Part shown: in pieces, positions 48,039 through 57,852 of the stretch
Position numbering within the stretch: position 1 is the stretch's first letter
Layout of the letters: every line of letters starts with the position of its first letter
Assembly (NCBI GenBank): GCA_965140415.1
Contig: OZ223209.1
Location: 1,760,001-1,824,000, forward strand
Source: Myxococcota bacterium
GTDB lineage: Bacteria; Myxococcota_A; SURF-8
Direction of reading: 5' to 3'
Length of the DNA stretch: 64,000 nt
The notes under the pieces: generated by a model
Database searches by the model: none
Told to the model about the DNA's origin: nothing
Seen by the model: only the letters and a program-made list of their open reading frames with translations
Made by a program: the position numbers and the translations under genes

Positions 48039-48692
48039 TTACAGGAATTCCAGAACCCGGTACAGGTCTTCTGGGGTTTCAACGTGAACGAACGCGCCTA
48101 GCGCGGAAAAGTCATCCTTATCCTGTAAACGGTCATCCACCGCGATGGCTTCGTGTCCTGTTACTCCGTGTTCCGCCAGAAAGTGTGCGACGTGCGCCGG
48201 TTTGCTGCGCTCCGGATGGCGCAAGGCCACGTTACTGACACCCACCATGCGCCCGTTCTGTTGTTGCACGTCGTTGGCCACGACTTTCACCCGGCCATCC
48301 GGCAATCCGGCCTGTTGTAAAACACGTTTGGCCACGCCGATAAATCCGCTGGAAAGGATCATCATCGCCACCGGCGAACCGTCCGCCAGTCGATGGGCAG
48401 CCACTTGCGGCAGGACTTCCAATGCGGCCTGTGTGGGTTGAATCGTATTCAGCACGTTCAGCACATCGTCTAACTTGCGTCCCGACCACAAGCCAGAGTC
48501 CTTATCGGCCCAGGTTTCGTAGTCGATCTTTCCTGCAAAAAACTGATCGTGGTAGGTTACGGCCTGATCCCAGGTGCCGAAGGCTTCATGAACCAGCCGC
48601 CAGGGGCTTTTTACCGGGGTAAGGGTGCCGTCCAGATCGAAGATAATGGCGCGGGCGGGGAAACCCCCGCCCGCCTTGGAGATGACTTGCAC
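48039..48692 (-). CDS. HAD-superfamily phosphatase (PSP-like)
   Basis: FDLDGTLT, LSSG, K, AVDDRLQD. Confidence 0.85.
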   Translation of the reverse strand: MQVISKAGGGFPARAIIFDLDGTLTPVKSPWRLVHEAFGTWDQAVTYHDQFFAGKIDYETWADKDSGLWSGRKLDDVLNVLNTIQPTQAALEVLPQVAAHRLADGSPVAMMILSSGFIGVAKRVLQQAGLPDGRVKVVANDVQQQNGRMVGVSNVALRHPERSKPAHVAHFLAEHGVTGHEAIAVDDRLQDKDDFSALGAFVHVETPEDLYRVLEFL

Positions 48693-48695
48693 GAT

Positions 48696-49934
48696 TTAAC
48701 TTCCGAATTCTTTCTTTACGATGGCAAAGGCTTCATCGGCCACATCCAGCGCCTTGTCGATGTCTTCGTCGGTATGGGTGTAGCAGATAAACCAGTTATG
48801 GTGCGGATGGAACAGGACGCCGCGTGCCACGCATTCCTTCGCCCAAAGTTGCTGACGCAGGAAATTGGTTTCGTTGGAGAAGGTCATATAGGGAATGGTC
48901 GGAGGTCCGCTGACCGTAACCTGCAACCCGTTCTTTTCGGCGCGCTCCTTCAATCCGGCCTGAAGGCGTTTGCCTTTTTCCATCATGCTGTCCAGCACGT
49001 TCAGGTTTTCCATTTCGTCCAGTGTTGCCAGCGAGGCGGCCAGTTCAACGGCGCAGGTATAGTAGCTGCCGGTAAAGAAAACGTTACTGGCGGCGTTTTT
49101 CATTTCATCGGTTCCCACTGCCGCACTTAAGGAAAAGCCGTTGGCGATAGCCTTGGAATAACAGGCCAGATCCGGCTTGAACCCGAAGTATTCGCTGGAA
49201 CCGGCAAGATCCAGGCGGAAGCCGGCGCGCACATCGTCACAGATCAGTACGATGCCGTTGTCGTCGCAGATGCGGCGCACGTCCTGCCAGAATCCCGGAG
49301 CGGGCAGAATGGAGTTTCCAAACGCCGGATGATGGTAGGGTGTCAGGATGACGGCGGCGACTTCGCCTTCGTAGCGTTTGACCAGATCGTTCAACTGGTT
49401 GGCGTCGTTCCAGTTGAAATGGTGAATGGTGTTGATATCCTCTTCGATCAGGCCGCCGTGCCCCGGTGTGCTCCAGGCATGCGAACCGTGATAAGCGCCC
49501 TTGGCCATCAGCACGCGTTTGCGCGAAGTATACTCGCGAGCTACCAGAATGCTGAAGGTCGTGACGTCCGAGCCGTTACGGCCAAAGACCGCCCAGTCGG
49601 CGATTTTGATCGTCTTGACCAGTCGCTCTGCCAGTTCCACGGTACGCTCGGTCGGATGATTGAAACAGGTGCCCTGCTTGGCCTGTTCGGCAGCGGCTTT
49701 TTCGATCTTCTCATAATTATGGCCCAGGATAATCGGACCATATCCGCACAAAAAGTCGATGTAGTCGTTGCCGTCTACGTCCCAGTAGTGACCGTCTTTG
49801 CCGCGGTCGGCGAAATAGGGGAATGCTCCCGGAATGCCGATGGCCGGATTCTTGTGACCGGGAATGCCGCCCGGAATGACTTTGGCGGCCCGTTGGAACA
49901 TCTCCATCGATTTATCGAACTTATAGAGGCTCAT
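48696..49934 (-). CDS. class III PLP aminotransferase (GSA-aminomutase-like fold)
   Basis: WDVDGNDYIDF, NGSDVT, YHG, CDDVRAGFR, YSKAIANG. Confidence 0.9.
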   Translation of the reverse strand: MSLYKFDKSMEMFQRAAKVIPGGIPGHKNPAIGIPGAFPYFADRGKDGHYWDVDGNDYIDFLCGYGPIILGHNYEKIEKAAAEQAKQGTCFNHPTERTVELAERLVKTIKIADWAVFGRNGSDVTTFSILVAREYTSRKRVLMAKGAYHGSHAWSTPGHGGLIEEDINTIHHFNWNDANQLNDLVKRYEGEVAAVILTPYHHPAFGNSILPAPGFWQDVRRICDDNGIVLICDDVRAGFRLDLAGSSEYFGFKPDLACYSKAIANGFSLSAAVGTDEMKNAASNVFFTGSYYTCAVELAASLATLDEMENLNVLDSMMEKGKRLQAGLKERAEKNGLQVTVSGPPTIPYMTFSNETNFLRQQLWAKECVARGVLFHPHHNWFICYTHTDEDIDKALDVADEAFAIVKKEFGS

Positions 49935-49955
49935 GGCTCTCCTCCTTTACCTTCT

Positions 49956-50726
49956 CTATGCAAAGTATTTGTTGACGCGATCCATCAGCGCGGTGAAATG
50001 ATCCGCCAGCGGAATCAACCCGATGATGCGGACATCGCAGTTTCCCAATGCGGCGTAGGTATCCAGCTGGTTGAGCATCATACCGGCAGCGACCTCGATG
50101 TCCTTGATGATCACCGTGGAACTGGGATCTTTAACGGTATCGTTCACTGCGTAGAGATGTCCGTTATCCACCAGCACATGCGCCTCGGGACCGTCGCCCA
50201 ATACCTTGAACAGCAAAGTGCCGTTGGGTAGCATGTTCTTCGTTTTTTCCATGTGCGGATCGTGCTCCGCCAGTTCCCGTGCGCCTTCCAAACCGGCCAT
50301 CAGCATCATCTCAACCGCTGCACGGCGGAATTCGGGGCGCGCCATGTCCGCTTCGGTGGGTTTGAGATAACGCGGCATGATTTCGGTCAGGCGGGTGAAT
50401 TTCTTCAACACGCCGAATTTGGTAAGACCCCGATACGGAATCGGGATGACCTTTTCGCCGTCGAACATGCGGTTCAGTTTATCCGCCGAGGTAAAGAACA
50501 GACCGATATCCGCCTTTGCGGTTTTCTGGCGACTGGCTTTGACTTCGCCGTTTTTGAAGGTCAGTTCCACCTGCGGACCGCCGTTGACGACAAAACGGAT
50601 AACCGCGTTCATGTCGCGGGCGATTTCCTTGGCTTCGCTGTCGTAGCGCACCAGTTCTTGCAGTCGTGGTAGGGCTGCGTGCAGATTCAGATTGGCAAGA
50701 ATCGTTTCTTTGTTCATTTCCTCCAC
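49956..50726 (-). CDS. hypothetical protein with tandem SCP2-like domains
   Basis: Two IxFxVxGGP/LxFxVxGDGP repeats; AAGMML..LDTYAALG..DVRIIG resembles SCP2 C-terminus. Confidence 0.6.
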   Translation of the reverse strand: MEEMNKETILANLNLHAALPRLQELVRYDSEAKEIARDMNAVIRFVVNGGPQVELTFKNGEVKASRQKTAKADIGLFFTSADKLNRMFDGEKVIPIPYRGLTKFGVLKKFTRLTEIMPRYLKPTEADMARPEFRRAAVEMMLMAGLEGARELAEHDPHMEKTKNMLPNGTLLFKVLGDGPEAHVLVDNGHLYAVNDTVKDPSSTVIIKDIEVAAGMMLNQLDTYAALGNCDVRIIGLIPLADHFTALMDRVNKYFA

Positions 50727-50823
50727 CTCGATTTTACTTTCTAACGCAGGCGGTGTTTGCGCCGCCGCTCGGTGTCTGCCGCTGCCTGCACGATCGCCTG
50801 CAACGGCTGTTGGCTGTTTTCAT

Positions 50824-51963
50824 TCAGTCTTGTTCAACGCCTTCGTAATAGGTCAATGTCACGCCGCGTTTGGCGATACGCGGCAGAAACTCGTTCGGGT
50901 CCAGAATCGCTTCGGCGGCAAAGACTCCGCGTTTTTTCAATTCCCCGCGAGCCACCATCAAGGTTGCTTCCACGCAGGGCATACTGGTGATTTCCGCGAT
51001 GTGTCCCACTCCGGTATAGAAGTTATGGCGGTTTTTCCCTTTGTGCTTACCGTAGACATCGATGCGGAAGACCGACTTGTTGGCGGAATCGCCAACGACA
51101 AAGAGATTCATGACCGGTGCCAAGAGTTTCGCCCATACTTCGCGTTTGCGATGGCTGGTGGTCAGGTTCAGATCCCCGAACGTACGCGCGACCAACGCCG
51201 CCCAATTGGGCTTGACACCACCATGCAAGGTCACTTCCTTCAGCCCCTTGAGATTTCGAGGCAAGGAGACGGATTCTGCATGCCCGGTGTAATGTACCGC
51301 TTGCATTCCAACCGGCTCGGGAAACTCGACCATCTTGGTGCCGCGTCCGGTCTTGACCATCACTTCCTTGCCGTCCAGCCATTGCAGCGTTTCGCCTTCG
51401 AAAATGTGCATTACATGCTTGATGTTGGCCGGGCCGACTTCCTCATCCGATCCACCGGTCCATTGGACGTTGATCCGTTCCGGTGCATCCATGGACAAAT
51501 AGCCCTTTTTCGCCAGTACGTTGGTGATGCCCGGAGAGTTACCGATTCCGCTGATGATGGTCACTCCCGCCTGCTTGGCCTGTTCGAACAAGCCTTCCAC
51601 CGCCAGATAGCTGTCGAAATCATCGGCAATGGACACGTAATGCGTACCCGCTTCGATGCAGGCCTGTACGATTACGCGCTCGGTCAGGTAGAAGGGACCG
51701 ACGTAACCCATCATTACATCGGCCTTTTTCGCCAGATCGGTAAGCTCCTGGGGATTCATGGCGTCTATGGCGACGCCGCGGAATTTGTCTCCCATGGAAG
51801 TTGCCGTTTTTTGGGCATTTTCCAGGCTTAAGTCCGCAAGAATGACCTCGGTGACTTCCGGTTCGTTTGCCAGTTCACGCAAAGCCGGGACTGCCATTTT
51901 GGCGCAGCCGCCCAACACGCAAATTGTAAACGCCTTTTTCTCCACCTTTTTAGCCGCCATCAT
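50824..51963 (-). CDS. saccharopine dehydrogenase-like oxidoreductase
   Basis: Rossmann start, VGPFY, HYVSIADD, GIGNSPGITN, HAESVSLP, GVFAAE. Confidence 0.88.
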   Translation of the reverse strand: MMAAKKVEKKAFTICVLGGCAKMAVPALRELANEPEVTEVILADLSLENAQKTATSMGDKFRGVAIDAMNPQELTDLAKKADVMMGYVGPFYLTERVIVQACIEAGTHYVSIADDFDSYLAVEGLFEQAKQAGVTIISGIGNSPGITNVLAKKGYLSMDAPERINVQWTGGSDEEVGPANIKHVMHIFEGETLQWLDGKEVMVKTGRGTKMVEFPEPVGMQAVHYTGHAESVSLPRNLKGLKEVTLHGGVKPNWAALVARTFGDLNLTTSHRKREVWAKLLAPVMNLFVVGDSANKSVFRIDVYGKHKGKNRHNFYTGVGHIAEITSMPCVEATLMVARGELKKRGVFAAEAILDPNEFLPRIAKRGVTLTYYEGVEQD

Positions 51964-52229
51964 GCCTCCCGTATTCGATTTAAAAGTTGGCTTTTCGATG
52001 GACGATCAGAGTTGCTAGCAATGCAAGTCCACTTTATTACCTGTGTTTTACAAGTCAAGCAAAAGATCGAAATTCTCAAAAAGCGATGAATGTGATCCGG
52101 CATTCTGCTGTGGAATTTAGGTGACACAGCTTTACATGGTGAATAGAGATAGCCCCGTAGTGCATCTCGTGGTACAACTACAAGACGTTACAGAGCGAAA
52201 CGGGACTCTATGAAACAGGAACGGACATC

Positions 52230-52670
52230 ATGGAATACTATCCGGTAGTTCTTTGCGAAACCTACGAGCAGATTCAGCAGGCATTTGTGATTCGTCGGAA
52301 GGTTTTCGTGCTGGAACAGCAGATTTCAGAAGAATTGGAACGTGACGAAAAAGACGAAGAGGCCCAGCATTTTCTCGCCTTTGCAGATGATCGACCGGTC
52401 GCCACGGCGCGTCTGATCGCCGATCGTGATACGCTATGGCTCGGACGCATGGCCGTTTTGGAGGAGTATCGCCGCCAGGGTGTGGGGCGGGCGCTGATCA
52501 AGGCGATTCTTCAACATGTCCGCAAATCCGAAGCGAACGAAATCAAACTGCATTCGCAGGCCTCGGCCAGGCTGTTCTATGCCGCCATGGGATTTGTCGA
52601 AGAGGGAGCGCCCTATATCGAAGCGGGGATCGTCCACATCACCATGCGTCTGGACCTCCGCGATAGGTAA
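52230..52670 (+). CDS. GNAT N-acetyltransferase (ElaA/YjcF-like)
   Basis: IRRKVFVLEQ, GRMAVL..YRRQGVG, LHSQ, FY...GF, EAGIVH. Confidence 0.92.
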   Translation: MEYYPVVLCETYEQIQQAFVIRRKVFVLEQQISEELERDEKDEEAQHFLAFADDRPVATARLIADRDTLWLGRMAVLEEYRRQGVGRALIKAILQHVRKSEANEIKLHSQASARLFYAAMGFVEEGAPYIEAGIVHITMRLDLRDR

Positions 52671-53205
52671 GAATGACTTTCGTCCGGTAGGGTTTGTTAT
52701 CTCCCTGCTGCCAGCCGATGAAATTCAATGTAAGCTGCAATACCCCTTTGTTTGCCACCAGCAGGATCGGGGATTGATCGGAAATCGAAAATCCGTTCAA
52801 GCGTAACTGCTCGGCGTAAGCCTGGTGAATGACAATCAAATCCTGCTGGAACCCATAGGCGACTTCCGTATCCTGTCCGTCGCGCAGGCTGTATAGCACG
52901 TTGTATCCGTCCGGCGGTGGCAGCAGATGATGAATGTAGGCCGCCGAATGCAGGAAATCGGAGACCAGCATCAAGCCGACCAGGGGAATGATCAGAAAAA
53001 GCATTCCGGCGCTGGCCGAAAGAGAACCCCAACGCCGGGCGGAATCTCCCCGAACGACCTTCAACGCGCCTCTGGTTTGTCCGCTCAGATCCGGAGCTAG
53101 GGTGCGACCTTTGAACAGTCCGACCAATCCCGTGACCGTCATCGCCACTCCAAGCAGGGCGGTTAAGCTGAAAAGGATTGGAAGTATATATAGATAGATC
53201 ACCAT
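52639..53205 (-). CDS. hypothetical membrane protein
   Basis: 188-aa ORF with two TM segments. Confidence 0.6.
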   Translation of the reverse strand: MVIYLYILPILFSLTALLGVAMTVTGLVGLFKGRTLAPDLSGQTRGALKVVRGDSARRWGSLSASAGMLFLIIPLVGLMLVSDFLHSAAYIHHLLPPPDGYNVLYSLRDGQDTEVAYGFQQDLIVIHQAYAEQLRLNGFSISDQSPILLVANKGVLQLTLNFIGWQQGDNKPYRTKVILTYRGGPDAW

Positions 53206-53375
53206 TGGAGTTTCTTATATTTATCCATTAACGATATGTCGATACTGATTCTTGATCGGTACAAAACCAAGTAAGCACCGCTTTAACCCGAAAAGCGCAC
53301 TCAGACTACCTTGATTTCAGCAGCTTGTAAATCATCATTTCAACTTTTCCGGTTCTCGTTGCCACACGATGCGTG

Positions 53376-55742
53376 TTACTCGCAGCCGCTATCGATTGCC
53401 TGTCCGGTCTGCTCCGTAACGGTAATGCCGCCGTCACTGGCTACGTGAATGGTCGCCACGACCTGATGCTGGCAATAGCTGCCGCTGAAGCTGCGATCGG
53501 CTGCGTAGACGGAAGCATCGGATACCTGCACCGTCAGGAAATAGTCTGCGGGTGCAAGCTGGGCGTTGTTTTCAATCACCACCTGGTATTCTCCCACGGC
53601 GGGCGTGTCGAGCGTCAACAGTTCGTGCTGGGGCGCATCCGGCGGCGTGATAAGCAGTGGATCGTCCAGGCGCAGTCCTGTTTCTCCCCAATCGGGAGCG
53701 TAAGCTGGACCGGGGCAGCCGCGAAGGGGACAGTCGCTGGCGGTATTGCGCAGGCTGCGACAGTTGGCCTTGTGGCAGTCGCTTTCGTTATCGGCGTTGT
53801 TTCGGGTGAACGTGCCATTCGGGCGAATCAGGTGCAGGTCAAGATCCGCCGCAGGATTCGACCAGGACAACGCGATTCCCAGTCGCGTTCCAAAGTGGGA
53901 AATGATCGGTTGAGTGACGCTATCGCTGTTGTTGCAGGTGTCGTTTGTGGAGCGCACCTGCAAAGCAACGGTATACGTGCTTCCCGGTAAACTGGTTGTG
54001 AACATCGGTGTGGCTTCATCGCTCCAGATGTCGCGGATGTCCTCGCCTTGGCGGTTTAGAATCGGTAATAGGGGAGTGCCGCCCGGACGATTTTGCAGGC
54101 TCCACTTGTAGGAATTGACGATGCCGTCGATGTCGCTGCTGGCAAGACCGTCGAGATACAACCGGCCACCCGGACGCAGGTAGAGGTCGCCACCCAGTGT
54201 GGCCTGGGAGCAGGGTTGCTCGGTGTCCGTCGTTAACGTAACGAAGGTTTCCTTTTGTTGCAGATCGTCCGACCACTGAATCAGCAGTTGTGTGTCGCTC
54301 GGATTGGGAACGATGCTCCCGATTCGAATGGTGGAACTCATGCCGGGATTGAGTACGGTATTGGTGAACGGCTGGTCGATCTGGAACACGGAGCCGAGCA
54401 CCTGGGCGTTAGTAATGGACATCCCGCGTTCGCCCGTGTTGATAACGGTTAAACTTACGACAGAAAGCGAACCAAAGGGAAAGCGCAAGCGTTCCGGCGA
54501 AGCCAGTCGGGCGACCGGTGGCACGGTCAGGTTCAGCGGAATATCGCGCCAGTTATTCTCGTCGTCATTGGAATGAAGGATAATGCGGTCGGCATAGATA
54601 CCGCTTTTGGAGGATCCACCGTAAACGGGTAACTCCACGCTTTCACCGGGGGCAAGTTGCAGCGGCAGAGCCGAAGGCAGCCAGAGCTGGAAAGCGCCGG
54701 GGCCGTAGCCGAAGAGATGGGCGCTGTCGATGTTCAGTGTTTCCGAGCCGTTGTTGCACAGTTGCGCCGCGTGAACGACATACTCGCCTGGAAATAACAT
54801 GCCAAACGCTAAATTGCGCCGATCCACCGACAGGCGCGGGCCTCCCGCTTGCATATCGGCCTCACAGGCAAAGGCGGCATCTGTATCGTAATCGCCATCG
54901 GCCAGACCTTCGCAGGCCGCATAGCCGTCGTGTTCCACGCATTGCTGGGGCGAGCAGTCCTGGTTGTTCCAGTTGTGCCCGTCGCAGTAAATCAACAGGT
55001 TTCCTTCGCAATAGCTGGCTTCTTCCCATTGACACTGTGGACCGCTTTCCTCTTCCATCTCCGCCGTGTCGGCTTCGAACGCATCGAGATCGGCGTCTTC
55101 ATCACCGTCCACATCGGGACCGATTTCATCCTCCAGTTCCACGAATTCCGGGTCGCCGTCGGGGATGTCTCCCACGCAGGCGGGGGGATTCTGTGAGGAA
55201 TCGCAAAAGCCGGGATCGCAGTTGTTGAAAATCCAGGTGCCGTCCCACTTGCAACTGATCAGCACATCATCGGAGCAGAAGGGCGTCATGTACGGGTCGC
55301 ACTCCGTGCCTTCTTCCGCGTCCATTTCCGGTTCTTCATCGCCGTCCGCCGGGGCGATGCATTCCGGTTCGGCACCCAGCCACTTGCAGGTTCCCGGAGA
55401 ACAATCCGTCACCTGCCAGTAATCGTTTTCTCCGCAATAATACAGCAGGCTGCCGAAGCAATACGGTGCATCGATAGAGGAGCAGCGCTCTCCCTCCGGT
55501 TCCGGGTCCATGTCTGCATCGGTTTCGATATCGGTTTCCGCATCGCCATCGGATGCGTTTGCTTCCTCTGTCTCCGCGTCGCCGTCCGGTATCGCGTCTC
55601 CGTCCGGGGATGTCTCGTCTAAATCGCCATTCTGATCGCCGTCGGTCGGTGGGTTTTGGTCCGACGATCCGCCGCAGGCGGAAATGCTGATCGAGAGGAT
55701 GAAAAGCAGCATGAAATAGCAAAACTGTCGGCAGAAATTCAT
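53376..55742 (-). CDS. Cys-rich/acidic-repeat surface lipoprotein with Ig-like (ASH/PKD-like) domains
   Basis: ISISAC lipobox; DGD linkers; three Cys repeats; NNGSETLNI, LDGLASSDIDG, DLDLHL. Confidence 0.82.
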   Translation of the reverse strand: MNFCRQFCYFMLLFILSISISACGGSSDQNPPTDGDQNGDLDETSPDGDAIPDGDAETEEANASDGDAETDIETDADMDPEPEGERCSSIDAPYCFGSLLYYCGENDYWQVTDCSPGTCKWLGAEPECIAPADGDEEPEMDAEEGTECDPYMTPFCSDDVLISCKWDGTWIFNNCDPGFCDSSQNPPACVGDIPDGDPEFVELEDEIGPDVDGDEDADLDAFEADTAEMEEESGPQCQWEEASYCEGNLLIYCDGHNWNNQDCSPQQCVEHDGYAACEGLADGDYDTDAAFACEADMQAGGPRLSVDRRNLAFGMLFPGEYVVHAAQLCNNGSETLNIDSAHLFGYGPGAFQLWLPSALPLQLAPGESVELPVYGGSSKSGIYADRIILHSNDDENNWRDIPLNLTVPPVARLASPERLRFPFGSLSVVSLTVINTGERGMSITNAQVLGSVFQIDQPFTNTVLNPGMSSTIRIGSIVPNPSDTQLLIQWSDDLQQKETFVTLTTDTEQPCSQATLGGDLYLRPGGRLYLDGLASSDIDGIVNSYKWSLQNRPGGTPLLPILNRQGEDIRDIWSDEATPMFTTSLPGSTYTVALQVRSTNDTCNNSDSVTQPIISHFGTRLGIALSWSNPAADLDLHLIRPNGTFTRNNADNESDCHKANCRSLRNTASDCPLRGCPGPAYAPDWGETGLRLDDPLLITPPDAPQHELLTLDTPAVGEYQVVIENNAQLAPADYFLTVQVSDASVYAADRSFSGSYCQHQVVATIHVASDGGITVTEQTGQAIDSGCE

Positions 55743-55827
55743 TGCACGCCTCGCAGGTTATTCACGTTCATTCGTTCATTGTAACCAAGAGTGGGGAAAA
55801 ATACGTAGGAAAAATGCCGGATCGCTT

Positions 55828-56973
55828 CTATTTTCCGCGCAGCGCCATCAGCGTTTCTTTCATCGAATAGCGCGGGCTGAAGTCCATGTCCCGTTTCGCG
55901 CGGGAGCCGTCTACATTGCAGATGAAGCGGGCGTAGTCCACTTCCGGCGCAGGGAAATCGGACAGTTTGAAGTCCCAGAGCTTGGCCATCAGGTATTTTA
56001 CCAATGGATGCGGAATGGAAATCGAACGTTTTCCAAGCGTTTTGATAATCGAAGACAGCGGTGCTCCGGTGGGACCGATGATGTTGTAAATACCTTTAAC
56101 ACCCGGTTTCATGGCCAGTACCAGGGCTTCGACGACGTCTTCCTCGTGGATGATCTGCAACACCGGGTCGAAGCCTAGTAATCTTGGGATCATGTCCATC
56201 CGCAAATAGTTGGTGATGCCGTTGCGCATGTTGGGACCGACAACATGCACCGGGCGCAGAATGACGGATTCGATCTCCGAATGCTTCCAGAAAAAGCTTT
56301 GACCCAGCATATCCAGTTCGATCAGGTCGCGAATGTGGGGGAATTTGTGACCCGCCAATAGCGGTGCATCTTCGGTCAGAAATACCGGGTTGTTCGGATG
56401 CGGACCGTAAATGTTGGCGCTGCTTAAAAGAATCATTTTGGGCACCTGGTAACGCTGGCAGTAGTCCAGGATTTTGGTGGTGCCCATGACGTTGAAATTC
56501 TGGTGTTCCTCTCCGAATTTTCGAGGATTGTGATGCATGCCCAGATGATAAACGGCCTGGAAATTATGGTTGCGGAACAGATCCTCGCAACGCTTCTTGC
56601 GGATGTCGATATGATGGACCACCACATCTTTGGGCAGGCCACGGAAGGGGCGCATGTCCACCCCATGCACTTCGGCGATGCGGTGCAGGCGCTTGGCCAG
56701 CAGTCGTCCCAGATTTCCAGAGATGCCGGTTACCAGTACTTTGGGTCGTGAAGTTCGCTTTTTGCTGGAGGGTTTCGGAGGTGCCGGTTTTTGGGCCACG
56801 GCTTTTTTCGTAGACGGCTTTGCGGCTCGTTTCCGTTTCGGCTTGCTCGTTGCTGCTGTTTCTGTTTGCGGTTGTTCTTCATTCAAACTCTGGATGACCG
56901 CTTGCGTACTGATCGTTCCTTTCGGCAGGCGATCCGTTTTCGAAGATTTCTTGGCTCTGGCCATCGTTTCCAC
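55828..56973 (-). CDS. NAD-dependent epimerase/dehydratase with Lys-rich N-terminal extension
   Basis: VLVTGISGNLG, NVMGT, LSSANIYG. Confidence 0.88.
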   Translation of the reverse strand: METMARAKKSSKTDRLPKGTISTQAVIQSLNEEQPQTETAATSKPKRKRAAKPSTKKAVAQKPAPPKPSSKKRTSRPKVLVTGISGNLGRLLAKRLHRIAEVHGVDMRPFRGLPKDVVVHHIDIRKKRCEDLFRNHNFQAVYHLGMHHNPRKFGEEHQNFNVMGTTKILDYCQRYQVPKMILLSSANIYGPHPNNPVFLTEDAPLLAGHKFPHIRDLIELDMLGQSFFWKHSEIESVILRPVHVVGPNMRNGITNYLRMDMIPRLLGFDPVLQIIHEEDVVEALVLAMKPGVKGIYNIIGPTGAPLSSIIKTLGKRSISIPHPLVKYLMAKLWDFKLSDFPAPEVDYARFICNVDGSRAKRDMDFSPRYSMKETLMALRGK

Positions 56974-56985
56974 CCCGCTCTTTCG

Positions 56986-57852
56986 TTACCAGAAAATGGC
57001 CCGGCGCTTTTTCAACCCGTAGGTGAGCATCGACTGGATGACTTGCTGAACTTCCGAAACTTTTCGTTCGATGACGATATCTTCGTCGTTGGCGTCGCCC
57101 TCGAAATGCATGGGTTCGCCAAAGTAGATACGGTATTTGGTCGGAAGCGGTAGCCAGCCCAATACCGGCACCAGCAGTTGCGGCAGCATCGGTACGGCGG
57201 GCATGTTCATCAGTTTCGCCAGCGTCTTGAAGTTGCCGAAGGAGGGGAGTTGCTCTTCCGCTCCCACCACGGCGATCGGAACGATGGGGGTATTGGTTTC
57301 CAGCGCCAGGCGCATGAAGCCGGGACCGAATTTGACCAGCTTGTAGCGGTTCCAGAAAAACTTGTTGATACCGCGCGTTCCTTCCGGGAAAACAAGCAGT
57401 GCTTCGTCGCGTTCCAATAACGCTCGTGCGTTTTCCGGCGTTCCCAGAATCTGACCGACGCGCGTGAGGAAGGTGCTGACAAACGGCAGGGTGGGAACCC
57501 AGCGATCCACCATCGAGCGCAAGGCGCGGGGCGGATTGCCTTCCAGAATCAGCGACAGCCCGATCATCACGCCGTCTAAAGGAATTTGGCCGGAGTGGTT
57601 CGAAATCAGCAGTACGCGACCTTCCGGCACGTTCTCGATGCCGCTGATTTCCACCCGGAAATAGTATTTGTATATGGATGCGGCGATGGGCAGCGCCACC
57701 TTCACCCATTCCGGTGAAAAACCGAAATCGTCGAAGCCGAATTCGTTGAGCTTGGTGGGTAGTGCCTTGATCTGTTCGTCGTATTTGCCGCCAGGCGGCT
57801 CTTCCATCCATTCTCGCAATACGGTTTGCAGTTGCCTGAGCCTATCGGCCAC
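56986..57852 (-). CDS. lysophospholipid acyltransferase family protein
   Basis: NHSGQIPLD (HxxxxD variant), VFPEG, PIVP; GTG start with GGAGG. Confidence 0.9.
   Translation of the reverse strand: MADRLRQLQTVLREWMEEPPGGKYDEQIKALPTKLNEFGFDDFGFSPEWVKVALPIAASIYKYYFRVEISGIENVPEGRVLLISNHSGQIPLDGVMIGLSLILEGNPPRALRSMVDRWVPTLPFVSTFLTRVGQILGTPENARALLERDEALLVFPEGTRGINKFFWNRYKLVKFGPGFMRLALETNTPIVPIAVVGAEEQLPSFGNFKTLAKLMNMPAVPMLPQLLVPVLGWLPLPTKYRIYFGEPMHFEGDANDEDIVIERKVSEVQQVIQSMLTYGLKKRRAIFW

Noticed and set aside
48696-49934. hemL assignment
   Set aside because: Lacks HemL-typical GGVNSPVRA and DEVMTGFR; no tetrapyrrole genes nearby
50745-50790. GC-rich imperfect hairpin between dehydrogenase and SCP2 genes
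   Set aside because: Short arms, no U-tract, single copy; not distinguishable from chance
50692-51831. 379-aa plus-strand ORF (and 49329-50231)
   Set aside because: Antisense shadows of the dehydrogenase and aminotransferase genes
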